DNA of 64,000 nucleotides. Origin: the human T2T-CHM13v2.0 reference genome, Homo sapiens. Below are positions 48,221 through 61,546 of this stretch, in pieces. The translations under genes were made by a program, and so were the position numbers. The notes below the pieces were generated by a model. That model ran no database searches, was not told the origin of the DNA, and saw only the letters and a program-made list of their open reading frames with translations. Numbering within the stretch: position 1 is the stretch's first letter; each line of letters starts with the position of its first letter. The DNA lies in assembly GCF_009914755.1 (NCBI RefSeq), contig NC_060931.1; one strand, 5' to 3'.

Positions 48221-49240
48221 AAAAAGACTTCACATGATTGACCTCGCTACAAAAATGACAACTCAAATCTCACAGGCTCTTTCTGTGTGGTTGGTTGGGT
48301 TAACTTTTGTTGCTATTAGCAGTGGTGGGTTTTGTCTTGTTATGCTCGTGTTTTGGTTTGGTTTCAAGGGCAACAGCAGGAATTGACGAACACGTGGTTG
48401 ATACTTTGTTTTCGATTCGGGGGCTTTTATATTTTTGCCTCACCCAAAAGGTTCATACCAAAGGTATTTGAAAAGTAAGGACTAAAGGACTAGGAATTGC
48501 TTAAAAGAGAAGTCTTCCCATTTTATCTTGGAATGTATTCTATGACTTTTTTTTAAGACAACAGATTTGTATTTCCAATTGTGTTTGACTTACTCTATGA
48601 TAAAATTACTTTTCATTTGTGGAACATGTAGTGGCAGAATGATAGGAAGACAACATTTATCCTAGGAACAAGCTGTTGTGGATGAAGACAGGCCTAAAAT
48701 CCAAACACACATAGCAGCACAAAGTAGGTTAAGTCTGATGCATAGTATAGATAGCAGAGTATGTTTATCGCCTCTTAAAGGTACTAAACCAAATATTCGG
48801 CTACATCATCAACCCCCAATATAGGATCTACTACATGAAATAAAATCTACAATTTTTGGTCTTAGTGCTCTTATTCTAAACAGATGTTTGATGTGTCTGA
48901 TACTATATATATATTTTTTTTTTCAAAGCCTAGTAGGGGTTATCTACACAATTAAACATTTTCTATTTACATTTTAAATATCCCATTTGACAAGCTTGTA
49001 ACTTGGGTGCTAGGATTACCATAGAAAAAAAATCACAGAATACATGAGATTTGGAAGCTGAAGAAAGAAATGTTTCCATTCCTGTTTCTCATGGTTAAGT
49101 TGTTTTGTCAATGTCCTGCCACACTAGAGGTAATATCTTCAGTCCTTTTTTCAGACTCCATTAACATACACAATTACCAAACAAACTTGGATTTTACAAC
49201 CCAAACTTTCTAACATAGTTCAGCGCATGATTTTATTTTA

Positions 49241-49678
<438 letters not shown>

Positions 49679-50268
49679 TCAATCTGTCATCAAATAAGTG
49701 TAACAATTCCTGCTACATATCTTACCAGAAAGAAATCAGAGTCACAGAGCTAACAATAGTACCCCTGGAGAGACTGCGTTCCTTGGAAGAACTATAAAGC
49801 CACTGGTGTAGTTACTCGTTACTTCTCTTCTCAGCTCCATGTTACAGCCTCTGAAGCTAAACTGGAAGGCTTAAGTTAGTTGAACATTCATTCATTCATT
49901 CAAAACATATTTATGAGCACTGATAGGTGTCAAGTAGCATATTAGGCCTTGGAGATCAATGGTCAGCAAGACAAGCACAGTTCCTTCCCCTCACAATGCA
50001 TCTCAGAAAAGTACTGATTCAACTCATAGGACTTTCATTTAGTGTATACACCAAGGGCTCACATCCATTTGTAAATAATTACTCATAATCATAATTACTA
50101 ATAATCACTCTACTCTGCTCCTGAAAAAGGAAGACCACACGCACTACATGAAAAGCCACAGAACACACGAATGCTCCATAATATGAAGGCCCCACATAGG
50201 CCAAAAATATCACCCACTAAGCACCTTATAATCTATGAACGGGAAGCATGGTGTTAAGCCCTAGAAGA

Positions 50269-50411
50269 TGACTGCAGACTTTTAAAGGCAGAATACCTTA
50301 GCCTAAATGATGACCTGTCAATTACAGGACATATCTTCTGTGACTGCAGACTTTTAAAGGCAGAATACCTTAGCCTAAATGATGACCTGTCAATTACAGA
50401 CATATCTTCTG
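50269..50411. repeat. 72-bp tandem duplication
   Basis: tgactgcagac...catatcttctg twice, differing by one G. Confidence 0.95.
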
Positions 50412-50920
50412 TAACTGTGCCATCCAATACAGTAGCCATTAGCAGCTATTTACATTTATCAATTAGAAATTCAATTCTGGCTAGGCGCAGTGGCTCACAC
50501 CTGTAATCCCAGCACTTTGGGAGGCCGAGGCGGGCAGATTGCTTGAGCCCAGGAGTTCAAAACCAGCCTGGGCAACATGGCGAAATCCCACCCCTACTAA
50601 AAACACAAAAATAGCCAGGCATGGTGGCAGGCCCCTGTAATCCCAGCTACTCGGGAGGGCTAAGGTGGGAGGATCGCTTCAGCCTGGGAAGCAGAGGTTG
50701 CAGTGGGCCAAGATTGCACCACTGCACTCCAGCCTTGGTGACAGAACAACACCGTCTCAAAAAAAAAAAAAAAAGAAAGAAAGAAAAGAAAAGAAATTCA
50801 GTTCGTCAGTCACACTTAATGTGCTCAATAGCCACAAGTGGCTAGTGGCTACCACACTGGATAACACAAATTTATAAATCATTTCCATCCTCTCCAAAAG
50901 CTCTATGGGACAGTGCTGCT
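50412..50920 (-). mobile_element. MER3-like MITE split by Alu 50479-50790 (+)
   Basis: tccaatacagtagcc...tagccacaagtggctagtggctacc...ggacagtgctg; TSD agaaattca(a/g)ttc. Confidence 0.8.
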
Positions 50921-53099
50921 CTACAAATACCTCTGTAATACTCAATCTGAAAATTACAGCAATGAAATGTGATGAAGCACCTGTGCTCTGTTATGGCACA
51001 TCAAAGCATGTCCACTGGTAATGTAGTACTAGTTCTTCCTTCCCAAGTAAATCGAAAAACAAAAACAACCTTGGGCATCTCCTCCAGCATATATTAGTAA
51101 CCAAGAAAGTTCACACCGTCCAATCGGCCAGTGAAGGATGAAATTCGCAAACAAGTGAAAAACTGATATTTTGCCCCTTCCTATTTCTTTGACAATGTGT
51201 TACTATTATTGTGTATTTTCTGTGTAAGTTTTGTCTTGGGGTGCTTTCAGCTGTGTTTTTAGCCTGGTAGCAAGCAGCAGAGAAGGAGGTGAGGACAGTT
51301 CAGAATGAAGATGAGTGATTCAGGAAAACACCGACACAGATAATGCAACTTAAATGGAAGTAAATGTAATTGCGACCAATGCAATAAACTTAAGTGCTTA
51401 CTGTGTGCCAGTGATGTGCAGATAAACAAGTCACCATTCTCACCTTTGAGGTGCCCAATATGTAACAAATACAATGAGATATGCTGTGATATAATGCAAT
51501 AAGACAAGCATATATATAATGCAGAGATGACGCAGGGAGGGTATTTTTTAAATGGTTTCTGAGGAGAAATCAGGGAACATTTCCTGAAGGAGGTATCCAA
51601 GAAGCAGAAGAGCAAACTAAGCAAAGCCATGCGCAGGAATCCCAAGTGGTTTGGCAATGCTGGTGAAAAATGTGTTTCGTGGTAAGGAGGATGGGGGTGG
51701 ACAATGGGAGGAGGGAGATGGGGCTAGAGAGCTATTTCCACACCAGACCACAGATACTCACGTTCCAGTCAGGTTTGCCTGAGTAGGTCTATAAGCCTTC
51801 CTCATCAAAACTGCAAGTAATATGAAAACCAATCCCTAAAGTATGCTAAATAATATACCCATGCCTGCCATAGAGGTAACAATATTTGACAGCAATCAAC
51901 AGGAATATAAAGTTCTTTGTGACACGGTACCTCTTAATAATACATACTGGTCACAAATACACTGTAGCTAGTATCATTTGTTTTCAGGGAGAAACCTCTG
52001 CTTACTATGAGTTTTCTTTGGAATCTCTGTACAGAAAATACTAATGAAATGGACTACTCCCACATCTAAACGTCCCACCAACAGTTTATCTGACCAGGAG
52101 ACAAATCAAACAAATTAAGGGGAGAAAAGAGATGTAACGGCAAAGTTTCTCTACTCCAGACTAGTTGTTTTTTTTTTTCTCCAAAATGCTAATGGCAGAA
52201 CTTCTGCTACTCTGTACTGTACCGCACCTCTGGGTACATCCAGCTGTGACCACACCACAACTGTATCGCATCCAGCAACCTAAAGTACTCTTGTGGTTGC
52301 TCATGTAAATACTTGGAAAATATCTGCCTCTTCCGGACTCTCCCCTTCACATTATAGAAATGCTCAAGTCTCAAAAACAAAACAAGAAACTTCCAGAGAA
52401 CCTATTCACTTCAAATTACGGAGATCCCCTCTCTCCTTGATCCACAATAAACTTCTGGAAAAGGTCGCCTACAGGCCTTAAAGAATCACCACGATTTTCC
52501 TCCCCTATACAAGCAAAGCTTTTCAGACAAAAATCTTAACAGTAGAAATGTACCCACATAAACAAGCTGGCCCTCAGGCAAACATTACTACTATTCACAC
52601 AAACATGGGGCCCTTAGGCAAAGGTACATTTTCCACGAGGCATATGTGACTGTTGAAAGTAGGGGTTTTGAACTCGACCTCCCTAGGTCCTAGTCACAGT
52701 AGTCCTCCCTGATTAACTCCGAGCTTCCACTCCTCCTCCAACTATAAAATAGGGGTAACAGTACTTCTACGAGTAGATCCATGTTTGGGGAGCCGCAGTA
52801 TCTGACACAGAGACCCCACTGAGTGACAGATGAATACGTGTTAGCTATTTTAGCTATTTTTACTATTTTGTCCCTAAATAGATGTGATTTCACAAGTAGC
52901 TATTCCATCAAGCTGGTTACTTCTATAAATTCTCACTGCACCAAAATCACTTATGGGGAAGAGGGGGTTAAAAATACACTGTCCAGGCCCTATGTGGATG
53001 TGGGTCCAATTGGTCTGGGATTGGGCTGGCGTTAGAATCCTTCTTAAAGCACTCCAGTTGGTTATTACACGCAGCCGGCCTTCAGGAGCACACAGAAGT

Positions 53100-55900
53100 G
53101 TCTACCCGTCCACCGGGATGTACACACCACCTGTAAGGTCCGAGTTCTGAGCCGAGCAGCGCAGGCAGGTCCTCTCTCCTGGACTAGGCTCCCCGAAGCG
53201 CTGCGACGACAAACCTAGCACTGCTCGCCGAGAAGCGCCAAGCCCCTCAGCCAGCGCCGGGGCACCCGCGCGGCAGGGCTCCATCGGGGGCCACACGCCC
53301 CCTCGCGCGCCCTCCGCGGGCGCAGGCCCCTCCGGCCCGTGTCACCGCGCCCTCGCCTCCCGCGCCCCGGCCCCCTCCCGCCCACGGCACGTGACTCGAC
53401 ACGCGCCAGCTGCACGCGGGCTCCATCAAAACAAAAACAGAGGAGGCCGGCCGGGCGGCGGCGGGCGCGCGCGGGGGCGGCAGAGAGCGGGCGCGCCCCC
53501 GCTGCCCGGCGCCGCGACCGCGCCTCCACCGCCCCGGGCGCCGCCGGCCGCGCGCCCCGGCAGGCCGGGGGCGGGAGGGCAGAGGGCACCACCCTGTTTA
53601 CCGCCACGGCCCCGCCCCGCCAGCGCCCGCTCCCGGAAACGGTCTCCCGGGAGAGGGCCGGCGAGTGCGCACCCACCCGCGGCGGGGAACGCCGGCCCTG
53701 CGTGGGAGGCGCCCGGCTCCGGCGGCCCGCCGCCCCCGGCTGCTGCGTGTCACCCCCGTCACGACTCTGCTACGCACTTCGCCCCCAGCTTTCAGCTCCG
53801 GCGCTTCCGCAGACCCCTCACGTGGCTGCCGCCTCCCTGCCATGGCACTCCCCGGCGACCGGGGCTGCGGCCCCTAGCGCTGCGAGGGATCCCGAGCCTG
53901 TGCCCACCCCACCTTGGACGTCACCCTCCTCGGACCACCCAACCCACACCTTCCGCCTAGGGCGGGGCGAGGGGAGGACGGCTACGAGCTGTCAGGAGCC
54001 TCCAGCTTTCCCCGTGACGAAGCTCACCCTCGCCCTGATGTCGCCACTCACCCAGCAGCGGGCTGCGAGCTGGAGCAGACGTTAACACCGAGGGAGGACT
54101 GAAGGGAACGTCTTGATTTTTCTCCTTAATTTGCCACAGACACAGGGAAAAAAAAAAAAAAACAAAAACAGCAGACGCAGCTCTACCTTTGCGCTGGCTT
54201 TAAAGCTTTTAAGCTCCCCACGTCATCCTACCCCATGCAACAGACTTACCGAATAGCAATGCCCACCCCACACACCTGCTAGGTAACTCGCCTTCTGGAA
54301 ATCGGGGGCCCCACCCACCCCGCCTTCTGGAAACCTGCGCCTGGGGTGGGGTTGAAGAGACACTGTCTGGTATCCTAAAGTCAGAGGGCGTGAGGAGACC
54401 GGCGCCCTTCGCCCCACCCAGGCGCGCTGCACCCTCCGGTCCCCGTCTCTAGAGTGCACCAAGGCATCCTGCGTCCCTGCCGGAGAAAAGAGGGACGGGG
54501 CCAGAGGCCCGAGTTCCAGGGAGTTGCTGATTCCAGTGGAGAACCGAGACACCGCGTCCTTTCTAATTAATAAGCACGCCACCCCCTACCTCCAACCCCC
54601 CCCCCCGCCCCGCCTTTATTTCTTGTTGACAGCAAAGGTGGGGGACGTGGGAGAAAGGCAAGAGTTGTCTCTAGGTTCGGGATGTTGGGCTGCGCGGAGG
54701 GAAGAGGTGGGATCTCGAAATGGAAACAGTCCCCCCTTCCTCCCCCCTCCCCTCCTCCTCCTCCTCCTCCTCTTCTTCTGTTTACCTCAAGTTTGAATTT
54801 TATCTGCGCAACATTAGCTGGAATGCGGACATTGAAAAAAAAAAAAAAACACTCTCTCAGCCCGGCAGCAGCTCCGGAGGAGCCATGTGGCATCAAGCCA
54901 CAGCAAAGGGGAAAAAGTGCTCTTAGCAACACAAACATGGCGAAATCGCTCTCACAAGCCGGGTTCCCGCGACAGCCCTACCTTCCCCCGCTCGCCTTCC
55001 GAACGTCCTGGCCAGGAACCGCAGACCCCTTCCGGGGGACGGCGAGGGGGCCCCGGGCTGAGCGAGGGTGGGCGCACGGGGCGTGCTAAGGGGAAATTGA
55101 CTAGCCAGCCGATCAGCTCCGCCGGCAGCGGAGGGGACGCCTTCTTCACGCCCTGAGATCGCAAAGGAGAGCAAAATTCCCATCCCAAAGTCCTGCGGGA
55201 CCGGCTTCCCCACCCGACGAACTTACCCCAGGGCTGAACGCACGCTGCTTTAGCTCCTTGCCTCGTTCCTTCCTCCCGGGCGCGACGCGAGGTGAAAATG
55301 ATGCGCACGTAGATTTGTAGAGCGTATTCTTGAGAATTTCCCTGGGATGAATCGGGAGGAGCGGTGGAGACTCCGGAGACAGGTGCCGCGCTGGTCTGGG
55401 CTGCCGGCTAAAAGTTGTCCTCCGCGCGGTGGGCGGTGGGGTCCCCGGCCAGGGCCAAGGACCCCGGCTCCCTGCCCCCCGGCGTCGCCCACTTGTCACG
55501 CCAGGCTGCTGCGTGCACTCGGCTGCAGGGGAGGTGGCGTAGTTTCTCTTCCTCCCACCTCTTCTCACTCACTTGTTTTTGTAGCCGTGGGCTCCCCTAA
55601 TGCTTTCCTCTCCACAATGTTGTTTCATTATATCATGTCCATCATGTGACACCAGAGAGGCCTCTCTATGGAAACTTAAAGGGGCTCCCACGTGACTGCA
55701 GCAGCAACAACAGCAGCAGGACTGGCGGCGGCGGCCGCAGCGGCGTCCGTACCTCCACCCACCGGGAGCCCCTCGAAGCATCCCGGAGGGGCTTCTGGCG
55801 CTGCAGGAGCCCCGATCGGGGAGCCACAGCATCCGGGAGCCGTGGTGTCTGTGCGTGCGTGGAGCCTGTGCTCATGACATAGGAAGCCGAACAGAAGGAG
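53100..55900 (-). promoter_or_regulatory. CpG-island promoter with alternative 5' exons of a minus-strand gene
   Basis: Dense CpG and GC boxes; minus-strand donors at 54046-54051 (TGG|GTGAGT), about 54244-54249 (TCG|GTAAGT), 55221-55226 (GGG|GTAAGT), 55567-55572 (CAA|GTGAGT). Confidence 0.8.
55573..55832 (-). other. Candidate ATG-initiated alternative first exon / uORF (MLWLPDRG...YKN, Cys7 run)
   Basis: True ATG at 55832; frame stays open exactly to the GTGAGT donor, and the genomic stop lies inside the donor. Confidence 0.4.
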
Positions 55901-57540
55901 CGTCCTCAAATCCTTTCCTACAGTCACCAAACCCACGCTCTGTTAAAATGACATTTCGTGGCTCCTACTTTGTTTCCCCGGAGAGCAATGAGTTTTCTAT
56001 CAGGCCTGATTTAGTTTGACAAAAGTCAAAAAGAAAAACTGGATTTGTCCCTCTGCGAGTTCAGTCAGATCGCTGGGAAAACAGAAATGACAAAACAATA
56101 ATAACAGAAATAGAACCAGGCATTTGATACATAATTACCATCACCACGGCTTTCAAGCTTTCTGGAATTACGTTCCTCCAGTAACTGTTGATGATGCTTG
56201 CAGGAGGCAAAATGCAATGCAGTTTTTCTCTTCCGCAGCTATATTAGGGCTTTGTTGCTGACAACAGTGAAAACTTGTTTGTGTCAGGAAGTGAGGTACG
56301 GAGATATGACCTGGAAGGTACAGACAAAACCAAAGTGGCAGTTTTTGCATTACTTTTCTGACCACATTCTTTCAAATGGTGACAAGAAGGCGGTCTGCTG
56401 TAAAATTCGTGGGGTGTTTGATGGGAAACAAAATAATCAGAAAAACATAATTATCCCTAGCCATACCATACTTGCTAGACGCTAGAAAGTATACATATAT
56501 GTAATCTCTGTATACATAGAGAAAGCAAAAAGCATGTGCACTTTAATATTTTTGAACCACTAATTTTGTCATCATTTGTACCATTAACAAACACTTGGAA
56601 AGACTCACTCAAGTCCAGGGATGTGTGGAAACTCACAATGTTGAGTGCTGTGGGTATTACTGACTCACAGTCCCTTAAAGGGTTTGTACCATAAATCCCA
56701 AATTTCTGCCTTAAAGTTTTTACAGACATGGAGATTTTATCCTGTAAATCTAAGCCAGATAGCTATTTCTGGGTTTTTTAGTTCATGCTTTTCCATTTTA
56801 TAAAGGAAACTGTGTGGATTGGCGGAATCAAGAAAAACTTCGCAAGAAACTGAAGAGTGGGATGGAAGATCTTTTCGTTTGGCCTTGCCTTGACTCTGTC
56901 TCTCTCCACCTCATCAGTTTACTTCATCAGCCATGATGAATGAGCTCCATTCCAACCCTTCTAATTCTATAATATCTCTCCCAAGTTTTACCTTCCTATC
57001 TCATGCCTAATTCTTTTCATCCCTTTCCTCCTACCTCCCTTGCCTCCCAACTCAGCCCCTTTTCTGCCTGGGGGCTCAGCTCGGGCCTCCCCAAAGACTG
57101 TACCCCCCACCCTCCCCTGCAGCTACCCCCACCCCCACGCCCTTCCCAGCTCGGCCTCTCTTCTTTGCAACTCTACCTCCTTACCTCTTTTGACCTCTAA
57201 TCACCTTCACAGTCTGGCCCTTGACTTCTGGGCCTCTTCTTACCTCTCTTTACCTGAAATGTCCTGGCCCTCACTGGGGTCTCCTCCACACCCTTCTCTC
57301 TGGTCCCATCCCTTCTGCTGCCAAGCCCCAGCGTTCCTCCGGCTCGGCCTGGTCAGCTTGAGCCTCATTTTGTTCGCGTGCCCCTGGGCTGGGAAAGGAG
57401 TGTGTGGTGCACAGTGGGGCCAAGGATCCCCTGGGGCCGCGGCCTCTGCCTCGCCCCCTCCACCCCTCCCGAGTCCCGGTTGCGGCGCTTCCTGGGCGGA
57501 TGGCTTGAAATTGCTGCAGCAGCTGCGGTTCTGCTGTGTC

Positions 57541-57615
57541 ATGCAAGAAGGAGGCGGCGGCGGCGGCGGCGGCGGCGGCGGCCGGAGCTGGAGGGGGAGG
57601 AGGGGAGGAACCTGA
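57541..57615 (+). other. Putative polyglycine uORF MQEG(11)RSWRGRRGGT
   Basis: gtcATGcaagaagga(ggc)10...accTGA; G at -3. Confidence 0.45.
57553..57582 (+). repeat. (GGC)10 trinucleotide repeat
   Basis: Uninterrupted, directly visible. Confidence 0.97.
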
Positions 57616-60084
57616 TCCTCCGGTAGCGAAGGGCTAGAGGCAAACACCGAGCTCCTCCAGAGCCGCCCGGGAGCAGGGAGGGCTCCGCTAGCCCGGGGGG
57701 CCCTCCCCGCGGGGCAGATGGTAAGTGGGGCGGTGCAGGTGGTCGCCTTGGGAAGGGAGCGCGCAGGGGGGTAAGGTGGGGCGGCGGGAAGTGCTAGAAG
57801 TCACCCCAGCCAAACTGAAGGAGCCCAGTTTCCAGCTGAGAGGGACCCAGGCCGTAATAAGGATGTCCAGCCAAACGCAGCAATAATTACTATTGGAGTG
57901 ACGCCCCGAAGTTGACCCCAAGCTACACAGAGGGTGGAGTGGTGCATCCTGAACCCAGGACAGAGCTGGAGGCAATGATTCAGGGTTTGAGAAGTATCAG
58001 CCCATCGGCCTGGCGCTTTAAGGTGCAGCTGAGTAGGAAAAGCCAACCCACATCATATTCCCAGAGCCTTGCTGCGCTTTCTGGGTTGTCTTGTTCAAAA
58101 CTAGTGAAAGGGATGGGAAACCTGCCCAACCTCACTTTAGCCACGAAAATAATGCTCTTGGCCAGTGGCCTTGGACAAACAGCCTCTGGTGCAACAAAAC
58201 AATCAATAGGAAGAAGAACTTCATTCCCCTCACCATCCTCCTTCCCCAAGTTCCTTTGACCAGCATACCTCATTCGGCTTAAAGGAGAAAGAAAACTATG
58301 TGTGACATTCCCTCCCAGCCTACCTGCAGCCAGCCTCCTCACCACACAAACTGCCCATCCCGCTCCTCTCCTCATCTTCAGAGCCATGATTCCAAGAGAC
58401 ATTGCAATACTACTCACTTTAGGTGAGAAGACTGCCTGAAACTCTGAACAATTTCACCTCCCTTGCCCTTTGCCACAGGGGATTCAGAAACCTACAACTG
58501 AGAGCAGGGAAATATACGGACAGGCTTGGCACGTAGGAACATTACTTCCTTCACTGGAGTGTAGTTCTCCAGACAACTTTTTAATTACGATTATTCCCTT
58601 CCATTGCACTCCTGGAAATTTCAAAGCACTTTCTAAAACATCATTTTTTTAATGTCAGTCATACATTTAGAGGTAAGGGGTTGATGGGATTAACTGAAAG
58701 GCTAATGACTGTCTCAAAAGCACATGCTGTTGCTAGGGAACCCAAGCTCCTGCTGCTCTCTAATCACCAGCGTGTTCCGTGGAAATCAAACTGCTCAGGG
58801 TGTTATTAAAATGAATGGCATCGGGTTAAAGGCATTCTTGCTTATGTTGTAGCATCCTGGATTATTATCGATTGCCTCACACCCACATATCTTGTTTTCC
58901 TAATTTGATTTCTGTATTTGCGTCACTGCCAGGGACACTCAGACTAGACCAGTCAGTTCACTTCCTGTTTCTCAGAACTGGTTTATATTTGGTCTCGTAG
59001 CACTAGCTGGTAAAACATTATCAAACTGATCCTCTTGGAAAGAAATCTTTGCTTCCCATTGAAAACAAAATATTCCAATTAAATTGTAATTCCTGTGGAA
59101 AACGTCATCATTTGAGGAGTAGACTGCCAGTTGCCATTTGAGAAACCATCCTTGAAATGTAAAGCCTAGAAAAAAAAAACATCATCTTGATTTCTTTTAC
59201 CCAGAATCTTCATTCCTCAGCACTAGAACTAAGACAAACTCGAGTAAAGAGTAGATTTAAGTATACTTCTAAAATGAAACGCATAAATAAATAAATAAAT
59301 AAATACATGTCGAAGCTGGGGAAATCATTTAGACTAAACAAGGCATAAAATTGAATGGAATCCAGGCCCAGGAAGGACAAGTAATTTTGGGTTAGCATTG
59401 TGGCATTCGGAGAACACAGTGTGACTACAAGGCTACACTACAAATAGGAAACCCCATCACTTTGTGTACTAATTGTCTTTTTTACCAATTCCTCTATGTC
59501 CCTGGACAAGACAACCTTGTTTTGTTTTGTTTGTTTTCAGTTCCTTCCTCTTTATAACAAGGATATTGCAAAGGCAATATCAGAAAGATAAGCCCTATGT
59601 AAATAGGTGGATTCTGATGTAGATAATTTGTTTAGATGGAAAATAAAGCCCTTTGAAAAAGATGTATAATGGCATCGATAGCCTGGATGACCTTGAGTGA
59701 GCCATTGTAGGTCTTATGTCAGTTTCTTCGTGGAAGCTTAAATGAAAGTGCTGGACTAAAGGATTTCTAAGGTTCCTCCCATTTACAAACTTCTGTGATG
59801 AGATTGAACTCACTACATAAAAATTTCAATTTTAGCTGGATTTTGCAATGTTAAATTTAAGCACTGAACCTTTAATATCTATCCATAGGAACCTTGAGGG
59901 AAATGATGGGAAATGACTTTCTATTGATGTATCCATTTTTAGTGTCTGTTGACAGAAAAATAAAATTTACCTTGCTCCCCATGTACTTAGTCTCTCCCTG
60001 CCTCAGTGGTATTATGGAAGCAACAGGATAAGAGTTACAAAAGGATATAAAAGTATAGAGAAAGTTCTTTCAGTCTACTCACTT

Positions 60085-60207
60085 ATTTATTATGACAACG
60101 TGTCACTGTGTTACCCAGGCTGGCCTCCAACTCCTGGGCTCAAGCAAGCCTCCCACCTCAGCTTCCTGAGTAGCTGGGGCTACAGGTGCACTCAACCATG
60201 CCTAGCC
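60085..60207 (-). mobile_element. FLAM/Alu monomer
   Basis: gttacccaggctggcctcc...ccatgcctagcc. Confidence 0.85.
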
Positions 60208-61045
60208 TTTCAGTCATTTTAGATATAGGTAATCCTAAGTACTCTGATGATCAAAGTGGTGGAATGATGGAGGAAGGGGTGTACAAAAAAATAATCAACT
60301 GAATCCTCATGGAACTAATAATAATCTATTTGCCTGTGTTTTAATTAGTGCTAGGCAAAAATAGACCTAGCTCAGCTCTTGGAATTTTTCAAATTCACAG
60401 TATTGAGAAGTAGCATGAAGAAATGTGAGATTTGTGCCAGAGAGAAAAGACCTGACTTTGAAACCCAACTCTGCCACTTTATTCATTATTGAGTGCTTGC
60501 TGTGTGTCAGGTACTGTGCTGGGTGCTGGGAATACAAAGATGAATAAGACACAGTTTCTGCTCTGAAGGACATTATAGTATCATGAGAACAAAGATGAAT
60601 ATACAGTTGATCACGCAACAGTGAGATGATATCAACAGGGGAGCTCATAAGAATGGTGCCTAACCCTGACCACGCATAGGGTCTCTAACCACACAAGGTG
60701 AATCTTGAGATGCGTTCTGAAGGATAAGTAGAAGTAAGCCAGACAAGTGGGCAGGTTACAGGGAAAGATATTCCAAGCAAAGAAAGTACTATGTGTAAAG
60801 ACCTTAGGGAAAAAGCTGTGTGCAGGGAGTTGAGGGTGAAGAACAGAGCCTGGCAAGTAGGTTCTAAATAAATACATTGTATAAATGCATGGCAGAAGTC
60901 CTGGAGGAGAAATCCAGAAAGATTAGCATGGTTGAGTATGTTATCCTAAAAAGTTTGAACTTATTCTAAGGCCAGTGGAGAACCACTGATGAATTTTAAG
61001 GGGCATAGTGAACTGATCAAATGTTCATTTTAGAAAGATCTCTCA

Positions 61046-61302
61046 GCTGGGTGCAGTGGCACACTACTGTAATCCCAGCAGTTTGGGAGGTTGAGGTGGG
61101 CAGATTGCTTGAGCTCAAGAGTTTGAGACCAGCCTGGGCAACATGGTGAAACCCTGTCTCTACAAAAATACAAAAAAAAAAAAAAAAAAATTAGCCAGGC
61201 CTGGTGGCACACACCTGTAGTCCCAGCTCCTCAGGAGGATCACTTGAACCACAGAAGCGGAGGTTGCAATGAGCAGAGATCATGCCACTGTGCTCCGGCC
61301 TG
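61046..61302 (+). mobile_element. Alu lacking its 3' end
   Basis: Ends at gctccggcctgg, no tail. Confidence 0.9.
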
Positions 61303-61546
61303 GGGAAACCTACAATCATGGTGGAAGGCGAAGGGGAAGCAGGCACCTTCACAAGGCGGCAGGAGAGAGAGAGCTTGCGGGGGAAACTGACACTTTTAAA
61401 ACCATCAGATCTCATGAGAACTCCCTCACTATCGTGAGAACAGCATGGAGGGAACTGCCCCCATGATCCAGTCACCTCCCACCAGGTCCCTCCCTCAGCA
61501 CGTGGGGCTAACAGTTTGAGATGGGACACAGAGCCAAACCATATCA
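61303..61546 (-). mobile_element. MSTA/THE1-type LTR, partial
   Basis: acaatcatggtggaaggcgaagg...gagccaaaccatatca. Confidence 0.9.

Larger units (their letters stand above)
57330..57900 (+). promoter_or_regulatory. Second CpG island with a plus-strand first exon ending at 57720
   Basis: GC/CpG-rich; consensus donor CAGATG|GTAAGT at 57720/57721. Confidence 0.7.

Noticed and set aside
53215-54085. Long Arg/Pro/Ala-rich ORFs up to 248 aa
   Set aside because: Stop-poor CpG island, open on both strands, no recognisable domain
53100-57900. Assigning gene symbols to the two promoters
   Set aside because: No coding exon I recognise; needs BLAT against the genome
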